Below, one piece after another: positions 13,654 through 27,267 of a DNA stretch of 64,000 nucleotides; the stretch's first letter is position 1, and every line of letters begins with the position of its first letter. The DNA is taken from NCBI RefSeq assembly GCF_006345805.1, contig NC_042999.1, positions 152,520,001 to 152,584,000 of the forward strand, read 5' to 3'. The DNA is from Octopus sinensis (Eukaryota). The notes beneath the pieces were generated by a model. That model had not been told where the DNA came from. It did not search any database and was given only the letters and a program-made list of their open reading frames with translations. Both the position numbers and the translations under genes were made by a program.

Positions 13654-15019
13654 GTCAAAAAATGTGAAGAAAATGTGGATGAAAAGGAAAAATGGGAGAT
13701 GGAATTTCTGGGTATAAAAGTCCGGAGTGGTTATCAACGAAGCGCAATAGAGATAAATTGGAAGAAAAATGAAGTAATAATTGTATATGTGCATTCTCCC
13801 CACTACACAAACCCACGCGTGCGTGCGCATGCGCAAACTTAAAAGAAATACAGAAACAAAAGAAGTATGAAATGAAAAGAATAAAACAGTGTAAAGAAGG
13901 AAAACGAGAAAGAGTGAGTGATAAAGAGAGATGGAGAGAGAGAGAGAGGAAGAGAGAGAGAGATTGCAAGGAAGAGAAAGTGAAAAATATTGAATGTGAG
14001 ATATTATATGAGATGTTGAGATAATGTGAAAGAGATGGGGAAGATGAAGAAATGGAGAAGTACAGAGTGGAGAGATAGGAAGGGGGGGAGAGAAAGAGGA
14101 AGATTAAGAGAGAGGGTTGAAGAAAGGAGGCACAGAAAAGAGGGAGGAGAGATAAGGAGTGATGTAGAAAGAGAGAGGAGAGAGAGAGTGAGAAAGGTAG
14201 ATAGAAGAAAGCAAAATGAGAAACAGAGAAAGAGTGATAAGGAGTGAGACAGAGATTGTGAGAGAGGGGGAGAAATGGAGAGAGATAGTGAGAGAAGCAG
14301 GTAGAGAAATATAGGGAGAGGGAGCGCGAGAGAGATAAAGAGAGAGGGGCGAAATATGGCGAACAGAGAGAGAGGAAAGAATAAGGAGATAGATAGATAG
14401 AGAAAAAGAGAGAGAAAGAGAAAGAGAGAGAGGGGGAGAGAAAGATAAGGAGAGAGAGAAAAGCAGATAGTGAGAGACAGAGAAAATGAGCAGAGTGATA
14501 AGAAGTGAGAGAGCGAAGATAAGTAGAGAGATGGTGAGAGAGGCAGGTAGAGAAATAAAGGAAGAGGGAGGGAGAGAGAGATAAAGAGATAGGGGTGAGA
14601 TATGAAGAACGGAGAGAGAGAGAGAGATTAAGGCGATGAATATATAGATACAGAGAGGGAGAGAGAGAAAGAGGCAGAGAGAAAGATAAAGAGATAGAGA
14701 AAAGCAGACAGTGAGAGAGAGAGAGAAAGCGATCAGAGTGATAGGGAGTGAGAGGGAGAGATTGATTGAGAGAGAAGATAAGTAGAGAGATAGTAAGAGA
14801 TAGGCAAAGTGATAGAGAGGGAGAGAGGAGATTGAAGATAAGGGAAAGAAGGAAAGGAAGAAGTTAATGAGGTCCGAATTTATGGTTGTTATGGAATACA
14901 AGAATATTGGAATTGAAATTGGAATTAGTTATCGGCTGCTTAGTAATGGCGGACAGCGTTGTGAAATGAAGGCAGCGTTTTTACAGCCTGCAAATCATTG
15001 GATGCCGGAGACATCTATA

Positions 15020-15400
15020 TAACGTCATCAGCATCATCTGTGTCATCACAATTACTGCCAAAACCATCGCAATTGTCGCCACTGTTAGCGTCGTTGTTAT
15101 TGTCGTCATCATCATCATCAGCAGCAGCAGCAGCAGCAACAGCGGCAAAATAACCATCATCATCATCATCGTCATCATCATCGTCATCATCATCGTCATC
15201 ACTGTCGGCATCGGTGCCGTCGTTTTTTCCTGGAGCTCCTCATTAACCTCCCTTTCGCTATCATCATCTTCACAATCATCAACATCATCATCGTCATCAT
15301 CATCATCTTCATCGTGATCATCCCCATCTTCACAATCATCAACATTTGTCATCGTCACCACCACCACCACCACCACCACCACCACCACCACCACCGCAGC

Positions 15401-15445
<45 letters not shown>

Positions 15446-15660
15446 TATCATTATCATCATCACATTCATCATGTTCATCATTATTGTCAACGTCGTCATC
15501 GTCTTCCTTCTCCCCCTCCCCTTCCTCAGCATCACCTCCCTCATCCTCACCATCATTGTCGTCATCATTATTATCGTCATCATAATAACCGCAAACGCCG
15601 CGCAGCCGACATCATAACGATCAAACTGATCATCATCACTATCAGTGATTATGTGATCAA
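15020..15660. repeat. Degenerate (CAT/CAC/CAG/CGT)n trinucleotide tract
   Basis: Direct reading. It explains the poly-H/M/D/V ORFs in the track. Confidence 0.9.
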
Positions 15661-15802
15661 GCTAGAGCAATAAGAAAAAAAATCGTTGCTTCACAGGAGT
15701 AGAGCTCGAAGCTACCAAAAGACGAGTATTGGAAAACAGTAGCAGAGGAAACGATGAAAATACAGTTCTTACTGATAAAAGTAATCTCATAGAAGATAAC
15801 AG

Positions 15803-15960
15803 TGGTGAGGGCTGTGTGGTAAGTAGCTTGCTAACCAACCACATGGTTCTGGGTCCAGTCCCACTGTATGGCATCTTGGACAAGTGTCTTCTGCTATAGC
15901 CCCGGGCCGACTAATGCCTTGTGAGTGGATTTGGCAAGCGGAAACTGAAAGAAGCCTGTC

Positions 15961-16040
<80 letters not shown>

Positions 16041-16273
16041 TTGTGTGTATGTGTTTGTGTGTCTGTGTTTGTCCCCCTAGCATTGCTTGACAACCGATGC
16101 TGGTGTGTTTACGTCCCCGTCACTTAGCGGTTCGGCAAAAGAGATCGATAGAATAAGTACTGGGCTTACAAAGAATAAGTACCGGGGTCGATTTGCTCGA
16201 CTAAAGGCGGTGCTCCAGTATGGCAGGCAGTCAAATGACTGAGACAAGTAAAGAGAATAAAGAGAATAAAGAG
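15803..16273 (+). mobile_element. SINE family A, full length
   Basis: Head, CORE-like segment, (TA)n(TG)n and 3' half all present. Confidence 0.88.
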
Positions 16274-18145
16274 AGGGGAACAATGATAGCTTGCTCGATG
16301 GGAGACATATAGATGGTCTGGAAGAAGACAATAAAACTAATGGTGACATGACAGACGGGCAAACGGCAATCTGCGACAGAATAAAGGCAAGGCTACAGGA
16401 GAACGATAGCGACATTATTTGTAACCTTAAAAAGGTTGTGTTGTGTGGACGCACCCAGATGATGGAGTAGGCTAGCCCAATACGTAGATATAGAGGGAGA
16501 AGCCTAGACGTCGAGAGCACAGCTGTGAAGAGCCGAGTGAGTTGAGTAGCTGTCATCCGAACGTGCGATATAACTGGTGACGAGGATTTCGTAGCTCACA
16601 CAGTCACTGTGTAGTATTGCGATATAACAAGTTGACTGGTGGAAATTGAAACGAGAAGCGAAAAATGTGAATGAAATTCTGAAATACATTAGAACAAAAA
16701 ACAAAATCACAAAAATAAATAATTTGATCAAGGCAGCAAGTATCGCTGTAGCAGAAAATGTGGGTATTGAAATATAATGGGAGTGACAAAAGAAAAGATC
16801 TATGGTGGAAAAGAAGAATACAGGCGGAGTTAGATATGCTCCCGAAGGACATTTCTGTATTAGACGGAAAAGAGAAGGGGGAGCTTAAAAGTGAACAAAA
16901 ATACACGGCACTGAACAGGAAGTATGATACAGAAAGGAAGGGGGCCTGAAAGTGATAATGAAGGAACTGAAACAGCGCCTCGTTGAAAAGAAAGCATAGA
17001 TGGTGAGATACGATCAAAGAATGAAGAGATAACATCAGAATAGGTTATTCAGAGTAGATCAGAAGAGATTCTACAAAGAAATAAATGGAGAGTGTATAGA
17101 TGAAAAGTTGATACCAGATAACATTGAAAGTCAAAAGTATGTAGGTAATAGTGAAGAAAGTTTGATAAAAGCTGCTAGAGTCATAGTAAGACATAGGGAA
17201 ACCAAAAACCCAATCGAAGTTAAAAACCAGAACCCCCCCCCCCAGAAATTATGTGACTGGCAGGAAAAAAGGTGTTGCATGGTAGATTCCCAAAGATAGT
17301 TGCAGCAAATAGTAGTAGTGAGACATGAATATGGTTGCAGAAAGAAAAGCTGAAAAGGGAGATAGAAAATTTGTTAGTAGCTGCATAAGATCAAGCATTA
17401 AGGACTAATTGGATAAAAGCCAAGATTGACAAAAATCAAGTAGATTCCCAATATAGGTTATGCAAATCAAAAAAGGAAAGCGTTACTCATATAGTAAGTG
17501 AAAGTAGCATGCTGGCACAGACAGACAAGAATAAACCTGACAACCTAGGGAGAGTAATCCAGTGGGAGTTATGTAGAAAGCTAGAATTTGAACACACTGA
17601 TAAATGGTATGAACATGAACCTGGCAAAGTACTAGAAAGTAAGAGATACAAGATGCTGTGGAACTTTAACATTCAGACTGACAGAGTAATACTCTGTCAG
17701 TCCCACAACATCTTGTATTTCTTACTTTCTAGTATTTTGCTAGAAGGCCTGATTTGGTAGTAGTAGATAAAGGTAATGGAAAGTGCCAGATAATTGGCGT
17801 TACAGTCCCAAATGATGAAAAAATTCAATATGAGCGGTATAGAAAAAATAGCAAAGGACCAGAACTTGGCCATTGAATTACAGAGACTATGGAGAGTGCG
17901 GTAAAATGTATCCTAGTAGTTGTAGATACATCGGGAACTATCCCTAAAGGTCTGAACAGATAGATAGAGGAAATAGGAATAAAACTCAATTTAGTACAGC
18001 TCCACGAAACAGTGCTATTAAGGACAGCTAGGATGCTTAGGAAGGTTTTTGGCATCTAAGGTTACTTGTTGTAACCCGATGTTAGGATTTTTTTCTTTTC
18101 CAACAGCCTAATTTGTTGTGTGCATATATAAAAATAAAAAAAAAA
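16274..18145 (+). mobile_element. Decayed R4/Dong/Rex6-like LINE (restriction-like endonuclease type) with RT domain missing
   Basis: N-terminal fragments NLKKVDWWKLKRE...NNLIKAA and WWKRRIQAELD. C-terminal fragments LKREIENLLVAA*DQALRTN, C(Y)RLC..KKESVTHI, WELCRKL, KMLWNFNIQTD and PDLVVVDK...VTVP. A-rich end. Confidence 0.85.
16439..16629. mobile_element. Probable solo LTR (191 bp) nested in the R4-like ORF
   Basis: TGTT...AACA ends, flanked by GGTTG (16434-16438) and AGTTG (16630-16634). Removing it with one TSD restores the frame ...NLKKV-DWWKLKRE... Confidence 0.7.
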
Positions 18146-18147
18146 TA

Positions 18148-18361
18148 ATTCTTTCTACTGGAAGCACAACACCTCACATTTGTAGGGAGGGGACTAGTCG
18201 ATGACATCGACCCTAGTGTTTCACTGGTACCTAATTTATTGACCCCGAAAGGATGAAAGGCAAAGTCGACCTCGGTGGAACTTGAACAAAGATTGGAGCA
18301 ACGGGTGAAATACTGCTAAGCATATCGTCCAGCGTGCTAACGCTTCTGCCAGCTCACCATC

Positions 18362-18363
<2 letters not shown>
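18148..18363 (-). mobile_element. SINE family B, next to (AAT)n
   Basis: Reverse complement of the family B head, core and tail. Confidence 0.8.
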
Positions 18364-18416
<53 letters not shown>

Positions 18417-19704
18417 TGGTAATATGACAATAATCTAGGCACTAATGCATCTTTAAGGGATGACATTTGCAAATCAATAGAAGTTTTATTTGCGTCTCTG
18501 CCACTTTATTTTCAAATTGATGTTTTCTACTATCTTACGAAAATTGCCTTAAGGCTTGTTGATGTTATGCCTCTAGCTAGAATAAGTCTGTCACATTGAA
18601 TATCTCTTAATTAAAACTGTTTGCTTGCAGCGCATCTGCTTTAAATTCTACACAAAAATTGCTCGTAGTGTTTGCAATAAAGTTCACTGACGAGAAAATC
18701 CTGAAATAATCGTAAGTTAAAGTATATTTTGGTACTTGCTGTTATGTATTGCACCAGAAGAGGGTATTAATACTCGGGTTTTTATTTCAATTTATTCTCA
18801 TGTTTTTTGAATACACACACACACACACACACAACCACGCACATACATAAATATATGTGTGTATGCATTTTGTAAGTATGTGTTTGTCAGAATTAATGTG
18901 AACGGTTTTATAACACATTTCGTACCTCCTTTCTTTCATTATTTTTCTCTTTTCAATGGGCGGTAAAATTGTAAATTTTCTTTTGTATTGTGGACAATAA
19001 AACATGATTTATCATCTCTGATATCGTTCAATTATTAACAGCTCGAAATATTTTTTCAAATACTCTTCAGCTTTTGAGGAAGCAGAAGTATTAAGTTTAA
19101 ACTTATTATTAAAATACCGCTGTTCATAATAATTGCAGGTAGGGACACCATATTTCGTTATGCTACCACACTATACTACCGAGTATATTAAAGGCTTTCA
19201 AAGTAATATTGCTCCCACCTATGTTAGCCGAGCGATTAAATCACCTTCGAAAGTTATCTCTACAGATATCCTTTAGTTTAGAGCCATCACTGAAAGTTAC
19301 GAGGTTTCGTGTGCGAATATGTCTATATAAACAATGCGATCAATGACAGAAAATTAGGTAATGGAAGCGTATGACTTTTCAGGTAATATTTCTTCTTCTT
19401 CTTCTTCTCTTCTTCTCTTCTTCTTCTTCTTCTTCTTCTTCTTCTTCTTCTTCTTCTTCTTCTTCTTCTTCTTCTTCTTCCTCTCCTCCTCCTCCTCCTC
19501 TTCTTCTTCTTCTTCTTCTTCTTCTTCTTCCTCCTCCTCCTCCTCCTCTTTTTCTTCTTCTTCTTCTTCTTCCTCCCGCTTCCTTTAGTGAAAAAGGAGC
19601 AATGACTCCTGAAATGTGCATATACACTCATTACGCATTTTTGCTCTCTTCAATTGCATTGTTCCCTTAGACGTATTCGTACATAAAACGTTGTAAATTT
19701 TGTA

Positions 19705-20000
19705 ATTATGAATATAGTCTATACTATGATATGTACTGAGGCACGGCGCAGAAACAGAACAATGACATACATTGGAGAGACAGCACGTAGCATAGGTGAG
19801 CGGTTAAGTAAAACTGGTGAGAGCTCAAAGAGGAGAAAATCTCGTCAGTGCTCTACCAACAAGCTCAATTAGAACATGGAGGCTAGACACGACACTCAGA
19901 CACATTACCGAAGCCATAGACAATAGAAGATAGACCGAACTTCAACAGAAAACATGAATGGACTAATAACAACTACCCTACTCACCCACAATATGCAACC
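19705..20000 (+). mobile_element. Penelope-like element relic (GIY-YIG endonuclease C-terminus)
   Basis: From 19711: NIVYTMIC...TYIGETARSIGERL. After frameshifts: LRHITEAI...DRPNFNRKHEW. This fits the PLE pattern VY.I.C...YIGET.R and R...EA..I....P.LN. Confidence 0.75.
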
Positions 20001-22622
20001 TGACGACTAAAGATAGAATGAGAAGAATAAAAAAAGATTCAGATCAAAGAGAATAATACATAAACACATACACACACGACAAACATGCACATACTAAAGA
20101 GAGAATAATAATAAGAAAAAAAAATGAAATAGAATAACTACATAAAAGACATGGAAACAAAAAGCGTGGTAAGCAAACACATATACACACATACTAAACA
20201 AATAGGTACACACATGCAAACGCACGTACACACATGCAAACGCAAATTTATGTGCAGATAAGGGTTAAGACAAAATGGAATAAATGTGAAATATGGGATA
20301 CAAAGTTGCTGAAGGCGTCACTGGATGTGTAACGAAAGAGCTTTGACAAAGAAACAGAATAATGATAATAAAGCTGAAGTGAACACCAAATATTTCAGTG
20401 AATGTGTTTAATTGGCAAAATACGACCCCCCCCCCGAGTATAATAATATCTGTTTCAACACAGGATTTCACAACACACTGTATACCTCTTGTGTGATTGC
20501 ACAGTGTGCACAGGGTGCTCAGGCAAGTTGAAATTCAAAGTAGTGAGTAACTACACACTTTCAGTTTAAATTTGATGATCTAGTTTAAAATGAGTCATTT
20601 CCCAAATGACAATGTAACTTTCATATAATTAAGGCATCCTCAGCCTGATGAGCAGCTAGCTGCGTACCCCTCCATGAGTAATTATAACATCAGAGGCTCT
20701 GCTAGCTAGGAAACATATGTAGCCTGTTTCATCCCCTCAATTTCAATTTTCGCATTCATAGCTACTTAGTTGGTAGCAGTGAGCTGTACAGAAAATTTCA
20801 ACTTTTCGAATTTCCTCGTATCTTCGATATAGGAAAAATTGTGTAACCTTTAACGCTAATAAATTGTCATTCTTCCTGAACTAAGACGGTCCACTTTTTG
20901 TTTTCTATTCCTACCACAGACTGGTTGAAGCTTATTAACTTCCTACACTTGGGTCATTGGATCTTACCCTTATGTATGTATGTATGTATGTATGTATGTA
21001 TGTATGTATGTATGTATGTATGTATGTATGTATGTATGTATGTATGCTGGAGTAGAGACAGCATGTTCTTTGTCTATCTCCTTAACGTCTTGGAGATTTT
21101 AGGTATAATAAACTAATGTGTATAAGTATATATATAACATACATATATCGTGTGTGTATACATATTTTTACAAGTATATGCATATAGTTTTGTGTATTTA
21201 TATGTGTGTGTACGTGTAACTATGTATATAGCGTATGTAGTAAACAACAATTGATAACGAATAGTAGAGAAGATTTTAAAAAGAAGTGTTAGATTAGCTC
21301 TTTAAAAAAGACAGGAAGATTCGTAACATTTCGGACATTAGTCCTTCATCTGAAGAAATAGAGAAGCACATGAGTGAATAAGAAAAATATCCAATGGGAA
21401 AGGGAAAAATGCATCTGCATGTATGTATTCATATATGAATGCGTATACATATGAGTGCTTTTACTGTTATGCGTTGTTAACTACCGTAAATTTGTTATTG
21501 AGCTGGCACATAATCGTACGTGAATGTTTGGGACTGTTTGCGCGTGCGTTTCTGTGTCGGTGTATGTGTGTACATATATGTGTGTGTATATGTGTGTTTA
21601 TGTATGTGAGTGTGTGTGTGTATTATTAGTTGATGTACTGAATAGATGCACAATTAGTGCTGGATAAAAAAAAAGTATGAATAAATGACCGCATCGTCCC
21701 AACCGAACGTCAATTATTGCGGAAAACATATTTATATAGAATATTTCTCCAACTTACTTACACAGCTTACTTTTATTTTCCTCTATCTTTTGCTTCTTGT
21801 CAATAAAATCATATTTTTATTTCTTGGATTATCAAAACTCATCATTTAAATTTTGATGTTAAATTGGAAAAATGGACGTCTACAATCCACGTAGCAGTTA
21901 TTACACATCAAATTCTAACGATATTAAAATTCCTTTTTCAAAATATTGATTTGATTTTTTTTTAAACTGAATAAAAAACGCACCCAAAACCTTGAAGAGT
22001 AACAAAAATCAATATGCATTTTAGCTGCAATAATTTTGACTGGAATTGCCTGTTTTGAAGAGAGATGGGTAAGGAACGAAGCAATCGTGAACATATAGGA
22101 GAGATAACATTTTCAGTAGTTCTATTAAGAATTTATCTTCAATGTTTTATATACATATATATATATGATATTATACTATACTATATTTTATATGCACATT
22201 ATACTTGCCGAGCGTAGATAATTTTGAAAACTTAATTCTCATCGTAACGAAAATATCTATCTTAAGCAATTTCGTTGCGTTTAAGTTAGTTTATATTACG
22301 AACGTTTTATTATGAATGTACATGGCTCAGTGAAAAGGTTGTATGTTCACCATTTAATGTCCTGTGTTCGATTCCTGGACGCACTCTTTAACGAGTTACT
22401 TCATTATACAAAACTGCAGTGTATTCAGAGCTGGCGTAGCATACATATCTATCCAGTTTTCACATCCTCGATAGTCCCCGGGTCAATTGCAAATCGTAGA
22501 GATCAGTATCTATGTATGATTTCATCCATATAGGCACCTAAAACAAACAATTAATGAAAGAATGTTTGATGTTACAAAGTTAGTTTTGTTTTCAATTGAC
22601 GTCTATACACATACATATGTAT

Positions 22623-23175
22623 CTCTTATCTTTGGCTTATTTCACTCATTGAATGGAGGACATGCTTGTACATCGTCTTAAAGTACTCATATTCTTAGTA
22701 CACCTGAGTACTAATATTCTTAGGTCTGGTACTGATTCTATCGTTCTCTGTTGGTGAGCCGCTAACTTACAGGGACGGAAAGAAACCAACACCGGTTGTC
22801 AAAGGGTGGGGTATGACAAACACTAATGCAAAAAACAGACAGACAGACACACACACATATACGTTTATAACGGGCATCCACAGTTTCCCTCTAGCAATTC
22901 ATTTACAAAGGTATTCTATAATAGGCGTAGGAGTGGCTGTGTGGTAAGTAGCTTGCTTACGAACCACATGGTTCCAGGTTTGGTTCCACTTCGTGGCACA
23001 TTGGGCAAGTGTCTTCTACTATAGCACCGGGGCGACCAAAGCCTTGTGAGAGGATTTGGAATTCGGAAACTGAAAGAGAGTAATAGAAGACATTTGCCCA
23101 ATGTGCCGCGCAGTGGAACTGAATCCAAAACAACATGGATGCAAAGCGAGATTTTTAACCACACAGCCATGTCCG
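22623..23175. mobile_element. Cluster of three family A fragments: degenerate minus copy 22623-22915, plus copy 22922-23078, minus copy 23081-23175
   Basis: Homology to other family A copies. Confidence 0.75.
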
Positions 23176-23309
23176 ACATTTTGAAAACGTTCCTTTCTTG
23201 CTTTTGTAAATGCGGAAGTTGTAAGATTCGTAATATATACCAGGCATGGGCGACTCTTATTCGAGAAGCGGGCCGCAATATACATTCCTTATCATCTGGT
23301 GGGCCGCAG

Positions 23310-23384
23310 TACTAATCTATATTTGGCGAGGCACTACTAACCTGTGTTTGTCGAGGCTCTACTAATCTGTGTTTGGCGAGGCAC
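23310..23384. repeat. 3 x 25-bp tandem repeat
   Basis: Consensus TACTAATCTGTGTTTGGCGAGGCAC at 23310, 23335 and 23360. Confidence 0.9.
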
Positions 23385-23711
23385 TGAGAAAGTCCTGCTG
23401 GTTGCAGTTTGCCCATGACTGCTCTGAAATGTTATATCAGTCACACAAGTAATTTGCATGCAAACACACGCACGCATCTCTTTACTCTGTTACATTCAAT
23501 TAACAATTATGTCCGGTTAAATGTGTCCTTTAAATTGATTATTTGGCATTATATATACAGATAGCCAAATCAATCAAAGTTAATAATTATGAAACAGTAA
23601 AACCTAATTAGTAATTAATTACCGGTATATTTCCCACTATTTCCAAATGCTGATATTTAATAATCTACAAAGATGATATATGCACAGGTTTAAGCCTGGC
23701 TGTGTGGTAAG

Positions 23712-23808
23712 AGTTTGCTTCTAGCCACATGGTAGGTTTAATAAGTTTGCTTCTAGCCACATGGAAAGGTTTAACAATTTTGCTTCTAGCCACAAGGAAA
23801 GTTCTAAT
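23712..23808. repeat. 3 x 32-33-bp tandem repeat derived from a SINE A-like head
   Basis: AGTTTGCTTCTAGCCACATGG.AGGTTTAA repeated directly after GGCTGTGTGGTAAG. Confidence 0.8.
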
Positions 23809-24079
23809 GGGAAGCAGGTAAGAATATGGATAATAGCGTGAAATTATTGCGTTGAAAACCCTTTGGAAAGAAAAAGTTGAAGACCGCAGGCTACCTTTTA
23901 CTTTTTCTATCCAAACGCGTTCTTAATGCAATATTTACACTTACACACTTCGCGTTAAACTGATAAGAAAATGAAATATATCTCATGTTCTCTCGAAGTT
24001 TCTAGATATTTATGCTGTCAAAAATTTTTATGTATGTACGTATTTATGTAAATACATACTCACACACTTATATATACAT

Positions 24080-24131
<52 letters not shown>

Positions 24132-24911
24132 ATGTATATAATAGATACGTGTGTATTGAATACATATACATAATGATATATGCCGTCAGGGAAAATAAGA
24201 GGAAAAATGAGAATTTTGTTTTTTAAGACTCTTCAGAAGCCGATAGTGACCTTCAGTTGAAATAGAAGAGGTGAACACAGTCAATGAGCTGTTTCCTACG
24301 ATCAAAGCTTCAACTTTGTAATCTACTGACTTTAGCTCTTTTACGACTAAACGGAAAACTTTAGACTTCATTTTCATGGTATATTTTATTTTTTTATATA
24401 ACTGACGTCTCTTCCTACTCTCTCCTTTACTTTTTTTCCATACGAGATTTATCATTTCCAATTTCCTTCGCGATGTCTAACAGTCTCTTTTTAAGAAACA
24501 CTTCTCGCGGTTCTTGGTTTGTTCATTGAAACAATTCAACGTTTCTGGTCTTTGTCTCAGCAGATTGTTTCACACACTCCCCTGGGAATTATAGTTTGTC
24601 TCATATTGGTCTTCCTTTGTAGGACAAATTTAATGCATATGGCTTACAGTATTAAAATAAATTGCCCTGGTTTCATGTTATTGAGTTACAAACATAGACT
24701 TTCGAAAAACGTCTGGCTTGTGGGTCTCTTGCTAAATTCATTTTAGATATATATCTATACGTGTGTATGTACGAATACGTATATGTACACATACACACAC
24801 ACACACTCACACACGCACGTCTGTATGCCTGTCTGTATATATGTCTGTATGTATTGTGTATATTTGTAACTACCTATCTCTCTATCTCTCTCTCTATCTA
24901 TCTATCTATCG

Positions 24912-24970
<59 letters not shown>

Positions 24971-24997
24971 CATCCATCCATTCATTCATATTCTCTC

Positions 24998-25079
<82 letters not shown>

Positions 25080-25607
25080 TATACATAAACACATACACAC
25101 ACGCGCGCGCACACATATACTCAGACACAGTCACACATACACACACAGACATACACACATATATATGTATAGGGAGGTAGTGACTGAGAGAGAAGTAAAT
25201 AGATTTACAGACAGGCAGACAAACTGACACACAGACCGACAGATATATAACAAGATAGGTATGATATGAAATGGTATAAATGTAGTGAACTATAATATTC
25301 AAATATATATTGGAAAATTTTCATACATACGTCCATACGTACTTACATAAATAAATACAAACATACATACACATACATATATACATACATTCATACATAT
25401 AAATATATACTAATATAAATATATACTAACATACATACATACATACATACATACATACATACATACATACATACATACATACATACATACATGCATACAT
25501 ACAAACATACATACATACATACATACATATATACATACATACATACATACATGCATACATACATACATACATACATACATACATACATACATACATACAT
25601 ACATACA

Positions 25608-25638
<31 letters not shown>

Positions 25639-26213
25639 GAATATATATATAGTATGATCCAAAGAACTTGTGGTATAATATCGATTCACACTGAAGTAAC
25701 TTAAACAGTTTTTATGATATATATATTTATATAAGATATAAACCTCACAGTTCGTCTCCAATATTTTGCGAGGTTCTATACAAGACAAAGACGACGAAAT
25801 AAATAAATTTCACATTTAAACTTCAAACTTCAAACAATAAAACATTCAAATTTTATTCCTTTCATGTTTATGAAGGCTAAATTAATTCTTTTATCAATAG
25901 CAGCATCAATGAAATCGTTAGTGTCAGATGTTCGGTTTTCTTGATTAGTAGCAGGGCATGAAATGACATAAGTAATAAAAACCACTGATTTGCTATGTTC
26001 AGACATATTGGTGACCGATCAAGAGAAACAATATGGATGACTAGGTCAGACAACTTGTTAACGAATACACACACACACGCGCGCACACACACGCACACAC
26101 ACACACACATACACACACACATTTAATAGAGGGCTTAAGTATCTGTGTGTATGTCGTTGTATATCTATGGATGTATTCCAACGTGTATGCATGAGTGTGT
26201 GTATGTACGTTTT

Positions 26214-26244
<31 letters not shown>

Positions 26245-26319
26245 TCATAAATACATACATAGATTCATTGATAAGCGTGCGTATGTGAATATTTGTATAA
26301 TGAGTGAGCTTGTATGCAT

Positions 26320-26380
<61 letters not shown>

Positions 26381-26546
26381 TATATATTAATATATATATA
26401 TATATATATATACATAGAATGTGTATGTGCTTATGTATATATTGGGGTGTAGATTATCAATATATAAAATATGAAAAAATCCTATGATAATTGTGTAGAC
26501 AAATAATACATAAGAATTTTTAATATATAAAAAACATAACAGTAAT

Positions 26547-26595
<49 letters not shown>

Positions 26596-26891
26596 GCATG
26601 TATAATATGTATGTTATAGCTATATATGTTTACATAAGTATATATAAAAATGTATATATGTATAAGTTGTATATGTATATATATATATGCATACACAGAT
26701 ATATACATATAAGTATGTGTGTGTGTATAAACACATACATATATATGCGTATGTCTGAATTTATTCTTACGAAACACATACGTACGCACACACACACGGT
26801 TATGTACATACGTCCATGCACGCATCCGTCCATCCATCCGTCCATACAAACATACTTATATATACACACAGTCACACACACACACAGACAA

Positions 26892-26986
<95 letters not shown>

Positions 26987-27173
26987 CACATATTGATAGA
27001 TACGCATAACCACACGTATACATATACATACATCTCTCTCTCTCTCTCTCTTTCTCTTTCTTTCTATCTATGATTCAGTGTCCATATATGGAAAATAAAA
27101 GCTTATGAAAAATATTTGAAAAAAAGTTGCTGATAACAAGCAATATAAACTTGTATATGTGTGACTCTGTGAT

Positions 27174-27267
<94 letters not shown>

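Noticed and set aside
20645-20670. Hammerhead-like CTGATGA-GCAGC-TA-GCTGC (similar motifs near 49680 and 51268)
   Set aside because: The obligatory GAAA after stem II is absent (GTAC or GTTA instead).
23310-23384. Short repeats as a possible CRISPR array (also 44592-44666)
   Set aside because: The units are tandem or have very short spacers, the context is eukaryotic, and there are no cas genes.
24186-24461. 91-aa minus-strand ORF vaguely like an RLE-LINE C-terminus
   Set aside because: No diagnostic PD-(D/E)xK or CCHC motif, so the similarity is too weak.
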